A DNA stretch of 59,021 nucleotides, filler included, from Circinaria calcarea (taxonomy: Eukaryota), in the NCBI GenBank assembly GCA_051942165.1. It is 5 parts of 5 records of this genome, joined end to end, with 100 filler letters (N's around TTAATTAATTAA, not from the genome) between each part and the next. Parts side by side here need not be neighbours in the genome. Positions count along the whole stretch, not along the records: positions 35,481 to 47,202 come from JAVECS010000655.1; positions 47,303 to 59,021 come from JAVECS010000656.1; 3 more parts are not named here. One strand, 5' to 3'. Below are positions 39,517-53,169 of the stretch, one piece after another (positions within the stretch are counted from its first letter, which is position 1; each line of letters begins with the position of its first letter). The position numbers and the translations under genes are program-made. The notes beneath the pieces were generated by a model. The model searched no databases, was not told the DNA's origin, and worked only from the letters and a program-made list of their open reading frames with translations.

Positions 39517-42500
39517 CTAATTATTTGTGAGGCTTTCCTGTCCTATCTGGGGCTTGCCTTTTGGAGACATTTGCTCCTCGACGGACTTGCCTAAGCCAAC
39601 ACCGATCGTGTTAGTTGATACTGGAGAGGTAGAGAGTGCTGGAACGATTATAGGATGAGTTTTGTGCACCGGCTCACGATCGGAAGTTTCTGTGTGAGCA
39701 CTATGACCCGTCTTTGCTGGTGTAATAGATAGAAAATCGGCCGCAGTACTCGTGCCTTCTGGCATTCTCGCATCTTTAACTAAGCCATCCTCCTCCGCGT
39801 GTGTTACATGCCCCAAAGCACTCGGAAAGTTGATATCGTCGTCTTCATCTTCCGTGTTATCTTCGAAGAAACGGTCGTCCCATGTAGCACTCTCTTCACG
39901 AACAGCTTGAGGTCTTCGAGAACGATTGCTTAGCATGCTATCTGTCGGCGTCTTCAATTCTTCGACATGGTCTTCTGATTCTCGCAGCTCGGGAATGTTG
40001 GAAGGTTTCGGCTCCTTCTGCCATTTTTCTAGCAGTTCCTCGCCATGATCGCCAACCCTTTCCTCTATCGGTTTTGCACGCTCTTCACTAGGCTCTTGTT
40101 GATCTGCTGTTGTTGCAGAGTAAGTGTAAGCAAAGTGAGTGTCAACCAGGTGTTTGATCACGGGCCACCCATATGCATTGGAAAACATGCGACGGACGAC
40201 TATGTTGTTATGGGCATCTGGTTCTAACCGGACCAGTACTTTCCTCCATGACAAATCGCGGTGATACGCCCGCGCTATTTTCTCTTCAACTTTCATGCCA
40301 TCTGTCTTCTGATCCTCGGAGCGTTTGTAAATCGTGTCAGCACGAGGAATATTATTCTTCCCATCACCTGAAAGAGATCTCATAAAGCTTGAACGCCTCT
40401 TGAGAGGCGGAGGTTGAGGAATGTCAATAGCGTGGTAGATTCGATCATGGAAAATAGTACGTGGGCGGCTGCTTGGATCGGTGAGATACTCTTCTGTTGG
40501 TAACGGTGGGTTCAATATATCTCCGGCAGACTCAAAAAAGGTTGTCTTAGGCGGTGCAAAGAGGTTTTCTGGATCTTCGAAAATCGAATTACCTCGGGTT
40601 ACTCTTGGCCGGCCATTTGAAGGAGACTTTCCAGATGCTTCCGAGAGTTGGTCAGACTCTTCGCTTTGTTCACTTTTGACCGTTTGACTTCTTCTATAAA
40701 CCCTGGTATCTTTCGCTGGATGATGGTTGGGTTTACCTGCACTATTCGGTCGTAAGAAAGAAAGAAGCGCGCTTAAGGGGTGAGATGGTTGGGCCGGGGA
40801 AGATTCTTTGGACTTATTTGCATCATAATCCTCGTCCTGGAATTGCTTTTGATCTGCTTTCATAAACCGGTTGGATGCCGGATCTCCTTGCCCCTCGACA
40901 GTAGTATCGTCCCTCGTGGCATTTTCAGTAGGCTGAGGTACCGTGTCTCCATCCCCTTGCCGCGTAGGCGTATTACTCCCCTCATCGCCGCTGTTCTCAA
41001 TCTGCAGGTTGGATTCCCTATCTGTTGCTTCGCGAATTGTTCGATGTGACGATGAATTTGCGCCAGTAAGCTCAGCCCATCCCCAACCAGCCATTGTGCC
41101 CACGAGACCATTCTCTCGCCTTGCCTTTTCGACTCGACCTAGGCCGCGCCAATCAAGAAATAGGAGGCAAGAGGTTCGTAGCGGGACAATACCATCATTG
41201 ACAACGTTAGAGTATACGGTCCGATTTGTAAACATCTTTAGGACTTGGTGTGCTGGCCCTGTAGGCAGTATCCGAAGCAGAGGTTTAGCCCCTGGATCTA
41301 CCTGCCTATGAGCTCGTTGACCTTCTGTTCCTATACCTGCAATTATCGCACCCCATCCGCTTCGAACTACAGTAGGGGGCCTCCATGTTAACCCAAGGTC
41401 CTGCCCCGTACGACCTACTAGACCTATCTCCCAGTTAGCTTCATATGCACGATTCTAAAGGCGCTCGGCAGAACTACCAAAATCAAGCGCGAACTTGACA
41501 TAAATAGGATTTTCGTTACTCAGTCCTAGAAATGGGCTGGCGAGGGCCACGAAGTTGATCGGCTTTATCACTTCAAAAAAATGGGGCGAATGTTTGTGAA
41601 TGTAGGCTATAGCATATGTCTGAGTCAGGCCACCGAGAGAATGGCCAATAAAGCTGATGCTAGTGATCTGATATGCTAGGTCTGCTGATGTAGCCGAGTC
41701 TTTAGGTACGCTGCTATTGTTGTGAGAGGGTATTCCTGCATGCACATCAGGCCGCTCCTGGCCTGTCAGTGCTCGTGATAGACTCTTTGCCATTGACTTT
41801 TTAACTGGAAGGTATGGCTGATCAGGGTACGTCATGTAGAGAACGTATTTGGCAAGTCTCTTGCCAAGGTACTGTATGCCACGCTCTGTCCGTATTACAT
41901 TCCCAGAGAATCCGCGTACGACAACCTCCTCCTCATCACTCCCATCATTATGATCATAGTCTTTTCTCCTCAGATCTTCTTGCCTACCCGATAACGGGCC
42001 GGCAGACGTAGTATCTTCAGATTTCACCTTGTTGAGCTCTGGGTGGTCCATCGGATTGTGTGGTATCGGGGATCGTCTCATTTTTCTAGAGTCTAGGCGT
42101 GCTTGTTTGGCTGCGGAATCGATACTTTCCTTTAAGTAAAGCATATCCGACCCAGTGTTTGAATGGAGGCCATGCGTCAGAATGACAAGATGGATCTTTT
42201 TCCGTTTCTTGACCCTCGATCTACCTGATGTACGAGCCAGGTACTCCTCAGAACCATTATGCCCTGGGTCACCGTGTTGTGGAATCTGTTTCTCTTTTGG
42301 ATTGGAAGACTCCCGTTTCTGATCCCTTTTTTTAGCCTCGTCACCCCACTCAGGAAATGCAGGCTTGTTCCACAAGCTTGCTGTATCGTCCACTACTAGA
42401 GCTATAGCCCCGGAATACACACCACTAGCTTGAGCAGCGCCATGTCCATCCTTGTTCCTTTTCCCCTGTTGGTGATCCTGTAACCGTCCTGGGGTGATCT

Positions 42501-43051
42501 TTGTACTTCCGGCCAAGGCATTGAGCCCAAGCTCTATTGACTTTTCATCCCTTCCCACGAGTAGCTCAAAATGCACCACGGCCGAGGTAGAAAAGATAAC
42601 CTGAGAGGAGATTTCTATTATCCATGTGGAGCTTGGTATTCCCCCACTGATGGTCCTCCGTACATTAGCCTTCCCAGCAGTTTCCCTGATATTTTCCGGC
42701 ACAGCGAGTTGTGCGTTCCAACTCCCACCAGCTTTCAAGTTCGGCTCGAATTGGGGTACACCATGCCGGTCATGCCTTTCATCCTTGACGTTTGGATCAA
42801 ATGTTGATGGGTAGCAGGCCGTGTAAAGAGTGTAAGGGCCATGGAGGTAAGCTGCTCTGAGAGCGATGGTAGAGGTGTTCTTGATCCTAACGTATAGATG
42901 GGCAGGGGATGGAAGAATACGGTCATGGGACGGCGTATATGTGAGGGTATATCTACCACGTATCAGCCTACAGCTCGACAGAGTGTACGAGAACCGTTTA
43001 CCGAACGACTTCCCCTACCCTCACACTGCCTGTTTGATGCACAAGCAGCAT
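39517..43051 (-). CDS. Putative lipase/serine esterase (DUF676, Rog1-like), 3 exons
   Basis: MLLVHQTGSVRVGEVVR|YTLTYTPS..RAAYLHGPYTLY, HLVILTHGLHSNTGSDMLYLKE, nucleophile elbow SFIGHSLGG, YSNVVNDGIVPLRTS and DAHNNIVVRR. Confidence 0.9.
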
Positions 43052-43572
43052 CCTCTGGGCACACCGGATAGTAGTAGTAGAGGCTGCGGTCCAGCTGGTC
43101 GCCGGATCATACAGTAACTTAGGAAGAACTGTGGATTGATTGCGACTTGTCTGAGCTTGACGGTGAAGCCGTGGGGTGACTAACATCCGAGTTGCAGGAT
43201 TCCCGGGTCCCAGGGCATTAGGATGAGGCTAGAACGATGATGCAACACTGTCTCGGCACAGTCTCCATTCCCGTTATCCAGACTTCAGGATTGTACCTGA
43301 AGACCCCGAAGCGTGGGTGTTTATCAAGACCAGTATGACTGGGATACTTTGCACTCCATCTCCTTTTGGCTACGGGTAGGTGCATTAAACGTTGCGACAG
43401 TCACGGGGCGCTAGAGCATGATAGCGGCTCTTATCCACCCGCATGCCTTAGCGTTGAGCTGTGACCTCGACCTTAAAGTTTATATCGAATACCTACTATT
43501 GGGCAGTGTCATGTATATGTCTGTTCTCGAACTCACAAAGGCATCGCATTACTACAGTCAACTTACGTGAAG

Positions 43573-44589
43573 ATGGCCGAACCCAATTTACAGGAGATTC
43601 ATGATTTCCTGATAGGTTTAGCAAAGAAGGCCGGCGTGATGATCACGTCGGCACACCCCTCAACAGCTACTACAGACACGAAGAAGAACTGTAACTGCTC
43701 AAAGCACCGCTGGCTAATGGTCCTGGGTTGACCCTCTCTCAGCGTCTGATCTTGTCACCGAGACAGATCAAGCAGTTGAGAACATGGTCTCCACCACTCT
43801 CAAATCACAGTACCCAGAATATGAGTGAGTGAACAGCGCAATACATTTCCCTCCCTTAGCTGTGCACTTCCAAAGCTGATGTTCCTTAGTTTCTTGGGTG
43901 AAGAGACCTATCACCCAGGTCTACATCTTACCGCGGCTCCTACCTTTGTCGTTGACCCAATTGACGGAACCACAAACTTCGTCCATGCTTATCCTTACGT
44001 TAGCATATCTCTAGCTTTTGTCAACAAACTTGTTCCGCTTGTCGGTGTCGTGTATAACCCTTTTACCTCACATCTCTATCATGCGATCCGAGGTAATGGT
44101 GCTTACCTAACAAACAACGATAAATCGCACGAGGAAACTCAAAAACTCCCACCCTGTGGATCGCCTGAGCCTCTGCGTGGCCTCAATCAAGCTCTGGTAG
44201 CTATAGAATGGGGCAACGAGCGCAACGGCAATAACTGGTCTGTGAAAACGGCAACCTTTGCCGCACTAGCCGGCTCTCCTGACACTGGTGGCGCAATGGT
44301 GCATTCTCTCCGTTCTCTTGGCTCCGCGGCCCTAAATCTTTGCGCTGTAGCTAGCGGAACTATAGACGCATATTGGGAAGGTGGGTGCTGGGCATGGGAT
44401 GTTGCTGCCGGATGGGTGGTGTTGGAGGAGGCTGGTGGGATGATGGTTAGTGGAAACAGGGGGGACTTCAAGCCGAAGATCGATGGCAGGGTTTACTTGG
44501 CCGTAAGGGGTGCAGAGAAAGCTGACCAAAAGAGGTTCGTGGAGGAGTTCTGGGGTCATGTGAAGGGGAAGTTGGAATATGATGTGTAA
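43573..44589 (+). CDS. Inositol monophosphatase (3 exons)
   Basis: MAEPNLQEIHDFLIGLAKKAG..|SDLVTETDQAVE..|FLGEE, DPIDGTTNFVH, RSLGSAALNLC and WDVAAG. Confidence 0.95.
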
Positions 44590-45195
44590 GGCCGATTGAC
44601 CAGCCTAGCACTATATTGTTGACCAAAGGTCCATTGTATTGTTTGAAATTAGACCTTGGAGTGATCATAGGATCATGAAATTATGCGTATTGAATATATC
44701 CTAGGTATCCGTTCACCCTTGATAAGCGAACTCACTTAAAGTCAATGTCTTGGTTGATTATCCATGGTTTCCGTGTGCGACGAGTAATAGACCCCTCCAG
44801 TCCCGATAGCCCCTTTCCCGACCAACTAGACCAACAAGCGGGTTTATCATAGGGCTTGCAGGGTTGTTTACCTTCAATAATATATCGTAGATCAAATCGG
44901 TTTCCTCGATTAGCTTTTGGAATGTTGGTCATGCATTGCATTGCATTTCTCGATTTATATTGTTGTTAGTCGGAAACCGTCAAATCTGCTGGAAGGCGAT
45001 AGAAGGCCATCTGGCTTGCTCTCATTGGTTGCATCACATGTCGCAATTTATTTGCAGGACGGGCTTCCCATTTACCAAGTCGAGGCACTAGGTTGAGGCT
45101 GTCTAGATGGTGCACCAAGCGGTTGATGCCACACTGATGAATTATTGACATCTCTGCTCAATCATCCGATCCACGGCCGCAGCGAACATATCAAC

Positions 45196-47202
45196 ATGGC
45201 ATATGCCTCCTCATCCACCCCACCAAACCGTATCCGACCCTCACATAGGCGCATGCCAACCTCTCGAGAACGCACTCTATCTGCCTCTAGCACCTCGTCC
45301 GAGGAGGCGAATTCCCAGAAGCCAACTGTCGAGGACATACGTCGTATTCGTGCCGAATATTATAGCAAGCAGCCTGAAGACCGCCGTAAGGACTCCGAGA
45401 AGCGAATGACAAAAAGGGTCGCGCATATAAGGGCTACTGAGCTGGGTGAGAGACCTACGAAGGAATCAACGGTTTCAGTCCGAGAAGTTCGGGCTACCAA
45501 CCATGCTGGACACCGCCACCGTCGACATAAATCTGCAAGGCAGGAGAGTCACGATGATACGGTTTACGTGTATAGATATCTCGATGAGGAGAGGGAAGAG
45601 ACCAAGTCTACTTCAGTACGACCCTTGAGACCGGCAAATCGAGGCACTGGGTCAAGTTTCATATCGGATCGGCTACGAGCGTTAAGAGCACCCACCTCTC
45701 GGGCACCAGGTCAAGTTCTAGAGCACAGGCATGGAGTACGACAACGAGACAGAGGAGACTTGTCTGAGCGGAGGCACTCATATCATGCGGCAGGATCCCC
45801 CTCACCAACGAGGACAACTGGAAGAATAGACTTTGATCGTCCGCCGAGCGCCACTACCAGTCGACCTACAACAAGGAGGTGAGATTTTTGGACGTGAGCG
45901 ATTAGCAAATACTAATAAGTCGTAGGACTACCTCGGTGAGAGAATCTCGACCACCTTCGACCTCGCGCCCCAACTTAGCAAGAAGCCAGACATCTGCCAG
46001 CAGAAGACAACCGGTACCTATTGTTCAGCCTGATCAGCCACATATTGACACAGACTCAAACAGCGTATCTTCTTCGGTTAGGAAGGTTGAGCGCGCCCCT
46101 AATCTGTTCGGAGCCATCTTCGGACCTCCAAAATCTGCAAAACCTGTGAAGCCTCAGGAGCAGTATGTAGTACAACTTGTCTCCTATATTCTTACCCTGC
46201 TTTGCTGGGGTAGCGTTATTGGTCTATTATTTCCTTTACGCTAACCTAGCATTAGGGTTCAATGCCTCACCTGTCTATCCGAGGATATTCCCATATCGAA
46301 ATCCGCAAAACTATCCTGCGGCCATCGCATGTGCCACACCTGCCTTCGGCGCATCTTTACAATGTCCGTTACAGATCCCGCCCACATGCCACCTAAATGT
46401 TGTACTGCAGACCACATTCCCCTGAAACACGTGGATAAGCTCTTCGACTTGAAGTTCAAGGTGAAATGGAATCGGAAATATCAAGAATACACGACGAAGA
46501 ATCGGATCTATTGTCCCGCAAAGGGCTGCGGCGAGTGGATCAAGCCCGCAAATATCCACCTTGATACTTCGGGTGGAGTGAATGGCGGAAGAAAGTACGG
46601 TAAATGCGGTCGCTGCCGGACGAAGGTCTGCGTGATGTGTAACGGAAAATGGCACACCAGTCGGGAATGTCCAAAAGACGAAGCGACCGCACGGTTCGCC
46701 GAGATCGCAAAACTGGAAGGCTGGCAGAGATGCTACAACTGCTCGGCGACGGTGGAGCTCAAGGAAGGCTGCAACCACATGACGTGCCGATGCCAAGCCG
46801 AATTCTGCATGATCTGCGGCGTGAAATGGAAGAGCTGCGATTGCCCGTGGTTCAATTACCAAGCCGTCGAAAACGACCGCTTAAACCACATGAATATCCC
46901 GCAGGTCAGAAGGGGAGCAGCGCCACGGGTAGCCGACATGCCGCGTGGGTACAATGAAGAGTTGGAACAACGCCGGGAGCAAGAAAGGAGAGATGAGGCC
47001 TTTGCCAGAAGGATGCAGGTCCTCGGTCTGGACGACGACGCTGATGCGATGCACAATCTTCAAGGGGCTTTCTTCGCGGTTGGGAACGCCGCGGGGCATT
47101 TTCTGAACGAGCGTTTTATGCGCCAAGAGGCAGTCCCGGAACGTTATCCACCGCCACCACCTCCGCCTCCACTAGTTCAAGCCGCAATGCCACCTCCACC
47201 CC
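45196..47202 (+). CDS. RBR (RING-IBR-RING) E3 ubiquitin ligase, truncated at contig end
   Basis: RING1 CLTCL..SCGHRMCHTCL..PPKCC, IBR YCPAKGC..CGRC..CVMC..H..C and RING2 CYNC..GCNHMTCRCQAEFCMIC. N-terminus is disordered and Arg/Ser-rich; introns lie near 45879 and 46164. Confidence 0.92.
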
Positions 47203-47302
47203 NNNNNNNNNNNNNNNNNNNNNNNNNNNNNNNNNNNNNNNNNNNNTTAATTAATTAANNNNNNNNNNNNNNNNNNNNNNNNNNNNNNNNNNNNNNNNNN
47301 NN
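47203..47302. other. Artificial contig linker
   Basis: N44-TTAATTAATTAA-N44. Confidence 0.99.
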
Positions 47303-47416
47303 AAGATAACCATGTACCTTCACAATTCCCGAACCCCCCCACCCCTTTTTTTTCCAGCCCAACTAGATAGACTAACCCTGGGTTCTGGAAAGTGCCCTCC
47401 ACACCAGAAGAGCCTC

Positions 47417-47500
47417 GCATCAGCATCAGCATCAGCATCAGCTAGGTAGTACAGTCCAGCTATTGCTACCGTATCCCAGCTTTAGGCTTTAGGCTTTAGC
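47417..47500 (+). repeat. Short microsatellites (GCATCA)4 and (CTTTAGG)3
   Basis: gcatcagcatcagcatcagcatcagc and ctttaggctttaggctttagc are read directly. Confidence 0.75.
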
Positions 47501-49833
47501 CATCATGATCATGACTAGAATGGTCCACACTCCCAACTCCTCGCTGGCTTACCCTTTTTTCAACCTTCCATGCAACGAAGCAACGAAATAACGCAAGGAA
47601 GGAGAACAATGGAGGAAGGCCGGGAAAGGTTTGGGAATGCCGAGGCTTTCTGGTTGGTTGTGTGGTTATTCAGCGTCCCCGGCCCTTCGTACTTTTGTCA
47701 ACCTGACTTAACCTCTATTCCAAAAACCCCAAATCCGGTCTTTGAAAAAAGAAAAGAGAAAAACTCAACAGTTGATTACAAATCCTTTCTCGGCGAGTTA
47801 GTCTATATTTATATATATATTCGGTAATATCTTCATGGTGGTTAATAGGATTTTACGTTCCATACCCTAGTGCCGGCCCGCTGAACTTGTGAGGACCATA
47901 TTCCCTCGAACTATCAGTTCCGTGTCGGTCCACGCAGGCAAAGGGGCTGAATAAAATAGCTTTTGGTAATAAGCCGCAGGGTAAAGGGTGGGTGGGAGTC
48001 AGCCAAGTCCGAAATAACAAACTCGGAGTTGGGATTCTGGAGTTCCTCCGAGGGTGCTGGGAAGTTCTACGAGCATGGAGAATGTTTTACTATGCTCCAG
48101 GCCCTGCAAATATTTGCTATTTGATCCGTGAAGTATTTTAAAAGAGGACAGGTAGATCTATATGTTTCCTTATATGGCCAATTCAAAAGCCCAATGCTCG
48201 GTGGATACTTGGATACTCATAAGCTTCCCTACCATGTTTGAAAGTCGCACTACCTGTTTCCTACTTTTTCATTGGGAGCTGTCCGAAATTGAGTAAAGCG
48301 ACTAGAATATAGGATTCGTCTTCCGGTTCCACTCATTTGTCCCCCACATCCTAGTAGATAGGACGCTCTATCCTACCGTTGTTCACCTTGACCGCGAGCA
48401 GAAACCACCAACGCTTCCATGGGCTATCAACGCCCACCATATGCCGCCCATCTTCAGCCGTTGAGTCGGCAGGCGCCGCGTTCTCTCGAGTCTTTGACCC
48501 GTGCCTCCCTCAGAAGCGATCACCTTCTCCCACATCACCCGCGCTCTTCAGCCTGAAGTTCTCCTCCTCGCCTCGTCTCCGACGCTTCCAATTCCCGCAG
48601 GAGCTTCGGTATGCTGTCAGATCTCGGCCAATTTCGGGCGAAGGAATAGCGGTAGCGAGCAAGGCCAGCCATGGCTGGGATTGGGTCGGCGATGGAAGAC
48701 ATCTCTTTGTTGGTGGGTGGAAGTCTAAAACGGTAAACGGGAGGAGTCTATACCGGAGGAAGTATTACCGGCAGCTTACTAGGTGTGCGAGCTTTTTTCA
48801 GAGTGGGCCTGGTAAATAGACTCGGGTGTGGGAGAACTAGGATGGCCTATTTGGAGGGAGGTTTGATATGTTATTGGGCGGTTGAAAGACAAAGTGTCGA
48901 GGTGAGTAGGGTCAGTGTGTCTGGGATCGTGGGTAGGAAGAATTAAACCAGTGGAGGAAGGTAGGAATGGACATGTAAAGCGAGATGAGGTTAGGTGTGA
49001 AGTAGACTACCGCAGTGAAGGAGGTGAAATCCAGCGAGATAATAAAATTGCTCTAACGCAACGACCGGGATGGGAATATCAGTCACTTGTAAAAATATAG
49101 TTAAATATGCTCGCTTTGAATCGAATTAAAATTCTGGCTAAACTCCACTACGTAAAAGTATACTAGGGGGAAAGTTGCGGGGCGTCAGATAAACGGCAGT
49201 GCGGGTAACAGTTTAAATTAATCCGCTGCACCGAATCATCGGATCGAGAATGGCCTTGCTGGGGTTCAAGGTTTGCTTATAGACTGCGGTCCGATGTATA
49301 ATTAACGTTCTGAACTGCAGTCCAAACTCGCTTAAGAAAGTGGTTGCCAAGCTTAGGACTCACACATGACATGCCTTATTAGGCTCGAGGCTCAAGTCAC
49401 GTGTAGATGAGGCTCAAGCCTGGGACTGCAGTCAACGCAGGCAAGGGCATTTCGTACACTATTTATGAAAGTTTGGTTTGGTGCTAGCTTTAAGCAATGT
49501 TCGCGTCCGGACTGTTCTCGACGCCAAACCGTACATCGAATCCAAATATGAGATGAGATGCTAAGCCATTCTATTTCATAAGCAGACCTCGGGGAATTCA
49601 AAATCCAGGATGCCCCAAAACGATATTATATAACTAACACAAACCCCTCCCAACATCGGTATAATGGGAATCTCAAGCGCAGACTGCCCCCTCTTTCTAT
49701 CGCTGATTCTATCGCAAAAGTTACCTCCCTTACCATGATCACAGCTTCTATTAGAAAAACTAGGCGAGCTTCTGTTGTCCTGGCTTGTGGTCCTACGACT
49801 GGTAGCTCGAAACGAGCATGATAAATCCCAAAA

Positions 49834-52356
49834 CTAAATTGGACCAGGTGATAGTCGATTCTCACTGGCTGAGCTTTTTCGGCTGTGCTGACCTGAACGC
49901 GGGGATCGCACAGTAATGGTAGGTTGCCCATTAGCAGGAGCTTGTTGTCTGCTGAGAATCGGAAGCGCGCTCGAAGATGAAGGATATGCGACCGGCGATA
50001 GCCGGGCTTCCTCATAGGGCGATCCTGGAATCGCCAGCTCAGGATCTCGGCGAACAGGCGTTTGCAGGGACAAACGAGGAAGGCGAACACCTCTCGTACT
50101 GGAGCTTTCCCTAAGCGAATCATCCTGGGCATTATTCAGGTCAACTCTCTTTTGCTCCACAATCCTCGTCAGCGTGTCCCAGAGATCAAGAGCAATGATC
50201 CTTGTACGTCTATAAGGATCCAGCATTTTTTCGATCAACTCCACTACCTCTTTGAAATGCTGTGCCTCACCATTCGAGACTTCGCTCTTCAATTCCTCAA
50301 TCCGGTGGTTCACAGCATCGCGGAGGAAAGGTCTGTTGTCTTCCGTCATCTGCCAGAACGCATCGTCTTCGAACGCATCGGTTCGAGATTCTGGATATCG
50401 TCTAGCCACTCTTTCAGCTGCAAAGCCTTCCACAGCTTCATTATTGAAGACGGCCCATATGACGAGCTCAAGAAACACACATCCAAGCGACCAGACATCA
50501 TAGGGTCGCGAGGTCGCGCCTTCACACTTGGCCTCGGGAGGCTCGTATGTTAACGTCCCATTTGGCGATCGAGTATTGACGCTGCCCGATCGATACGTGT
50601 GTACTTTGCCTGACCCAAAGTCAGCTATACAAAAAGATCCGTACTTTGCAGCAACATCTCGATAGTGTAATATATTTTCGGGCTTGATATCATGGTGCCA
50701 GCCGGATTTCCGTACTTCTGGACTTGGTGCGACTAGAGTGGACGGTGAGGTCGCGCTCCGCGTGTCAACGAAATTATGAAGATGGTGGAGAGCATGAGCG
50801 AGTCCAAGCAGTTGCTCTAAGAACCATAGCAGGCGTTCCTTATTCTGTGCATCAAAACATGTCTGTTTCATATATTCGCGGAGGTTGCACTGAGCATACG
50901 GGAAGAGCATGTAGTCCTGCTTCCCTTGTGTCCATGATGCAAGGTGGGTCACGATGCGGTCATGTCGGTATTTGCGCAGCTCGTTCAAGATTCTCATCTC
51001 CTGTTTAAAGTCTGATCCAGCTCGCAAAGGTCGATATTTGAACTCTTTCAGGGCGAAGTCCGCATCTGGATCCTGAGATCATGTTAGCGAGGTCAGGTTT
51101 GATCAACATCGTCAATTTACTTGAGAAAGCTTGTGATGATCAGGGTCCATCCTCACACGATACACCTCGCTGAATGCGCCGTGTCCACAATAAGCCTTTC
51201 GCTTCTCAGCATCGTCTTCGTTTATTAATGGCGGAGCTGAACCATTGCTACTTCCAGTTTCGTCTTCCGGATTAGCTCCCGTAACTTGCTCCCTGGGGTA
51301 GAAACGCAGTGGAACGACAACACAGGAGTGAAGGGCTTTATGTTCTCCGATATTATTGAACACTGGCGCCATGAAGCCGCCCTGCTTTTCCAGAAGATTC
51401 CGAAAATCGGCACTGCACTTTTGATGACAGCGGTCCCTTTCTTTGAGAGGTAAACTACCATCGGTTAGGCCGGCATCCATAAGGGTTCTGAGACAATCCA
51501 TCCCTAACCGTGCCAGGACACACATGGCGAGAAGCTTTCCGGCACGTTGCTGCACACCCTTGATGAAGCTTTCTTTCTCATTGTCACCTAGGTTTAGTGA
51601 TTCGTCCTCTAAGATGATCTGACGGATACTATCTGCCGAAGTCACTCTTATGAGGTCGATTCGAGGAATGTAAAATTTGAGGCTTGTTGAGGGTTTCATG
51701 AGGCCATCAATCTCGTAACGTTTCGTGCTTGAGAAAGAATCCTTCCCAAGAGCATGAGTTTGTAGAGTAAAGTAATCCCTGGAGATGACCAGCCGGAGAC
51801 TTTGATGACTTTGAGTCGTCCAGGAGTTGATTAAGGCAATGCAGACCTTCCTCCAATCCTCTTGCGACGTCAATGTGTGGATAGTCTCATAACTTCCATC
51901 GCTAACGATTTTACAGCTTCCGTGACGGAAGTTTAGCTCCCTAGAAGCGAGAGAATCTGGGTGTCTGTCTCTTAGTTGCTGCCCGGCGATTCTCTCAATC
52001 TGACGATAGCCGCTCCCATCGTTTACTAGGACCGTTCCTTCGATTACCTGTTGGAGTGGCTTTCCCTCGAAAGTAATATGCAGGGTGTATGAAACAGTTT
52101 CAGGGATAATGGGCCCTTCCGCAAGTAGAGTCTGATGACCGGGTCCATCACCGGGTTGAAGTTGTAGGCCTGTTAGATTCGGAGTCGCTTCGCCATTGGA
52201 GGAGGATTCATCTAATGAACGCGAACTGGCAGAGACCAATGTTACTTCTGATAAGGAGATGGAAGATTCTTGACCGTTGGTCTCGCGGACGACGATATTT
52301 GGAACCGAGTTATTGGGATCAGCCATGTTGGTGTCACCATGGAATTCTCCATGCAC
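49834..52356 (-). CDS. Atypical fungal Ser/Thr kinase with long N-terminal extension (2 exons)
   Basis: Intron 51073-51120 (GTAAAT..GCTAAC..CAG) joins GHGAFSEVYRV..SQ to DPDADFALKEF. Further motifs WHHDIKPENIL (non-RD), ADFGSGK, TYEPPE and DVWSLGCVFLE. Start is 52356 or 52326. Confidence 0.9.
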
Positions 52357-53169
52357 ATTGAATCTGGACAGATGCTCCCTAGTAACACTCGATATAGCTA
52401 CAGGTTTACCACCCGCACTAGCTTGCTCTAGAAGAAGTAGCCATATTAGCTTGCATGTTGGGAGTCGTGATTCAACGCGTCATACTTCTCTCGTCTTCCA
52501 TAAGGTAGTATTCAAACGTTTGATAGAGACCTTGATGGTTATAGCCGAAAGGATTTGACTTTTATTTTGAGAAAAATAATGATATTTACTGCTTCAATAT
52601 ACAGAACTGTGTGGAAATACTACATATGTGTAAATCAAGTATACAGTTTGTAGAGATATGTTGGACGTTCGCAAAATAGACTTGCCCTGAAGGGGGCGCC
52701 ATGATAAGAGGCATCATTATTAGGCAAACTTTGCCCTACAAGTTGAGGCTCTCTTTCCGGGCTGTGCCCTGCGCCCCCTCCAAGCAAAAGTTAATATTCT
52801 CATAGCGCAGAATTGCATAGCATGTCAGCACAGGTGGAACAATGGAGAGAATAAAGGATGATTGGATGTAACGTAAAATTGCGGATTTCATGATTGGGCT
52901 GGCAAGTACCAGTGTAGCAGCAGGGCTGTGCCCCGACGAACCTTGAGCGGCTGCAGATCGGGCACCCATGCGTTACCCAACAGGCTTCTCGCCGGTTCTC
53001 ACCGGTTCACCAATGGGAGCAGGGCCCCTTTGTATACTTTAGGGGCGTATTATCATTACCCTGGTAATAGGAAGCCTCGTAGAGGCAAATCATTGGATTG
53101 GCCAAATTTCTGCTCCATCGAGCATTTGTACGTGCTTAGTACGAAGTGCATTTTTGAGCATTCGATATA

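Noticed and set aside
47480..47500. CTTTAGG repeats as telomere or telomerase template
   Set aside because: Only three imperfect units, not TTAGGG, and no supporting structure.
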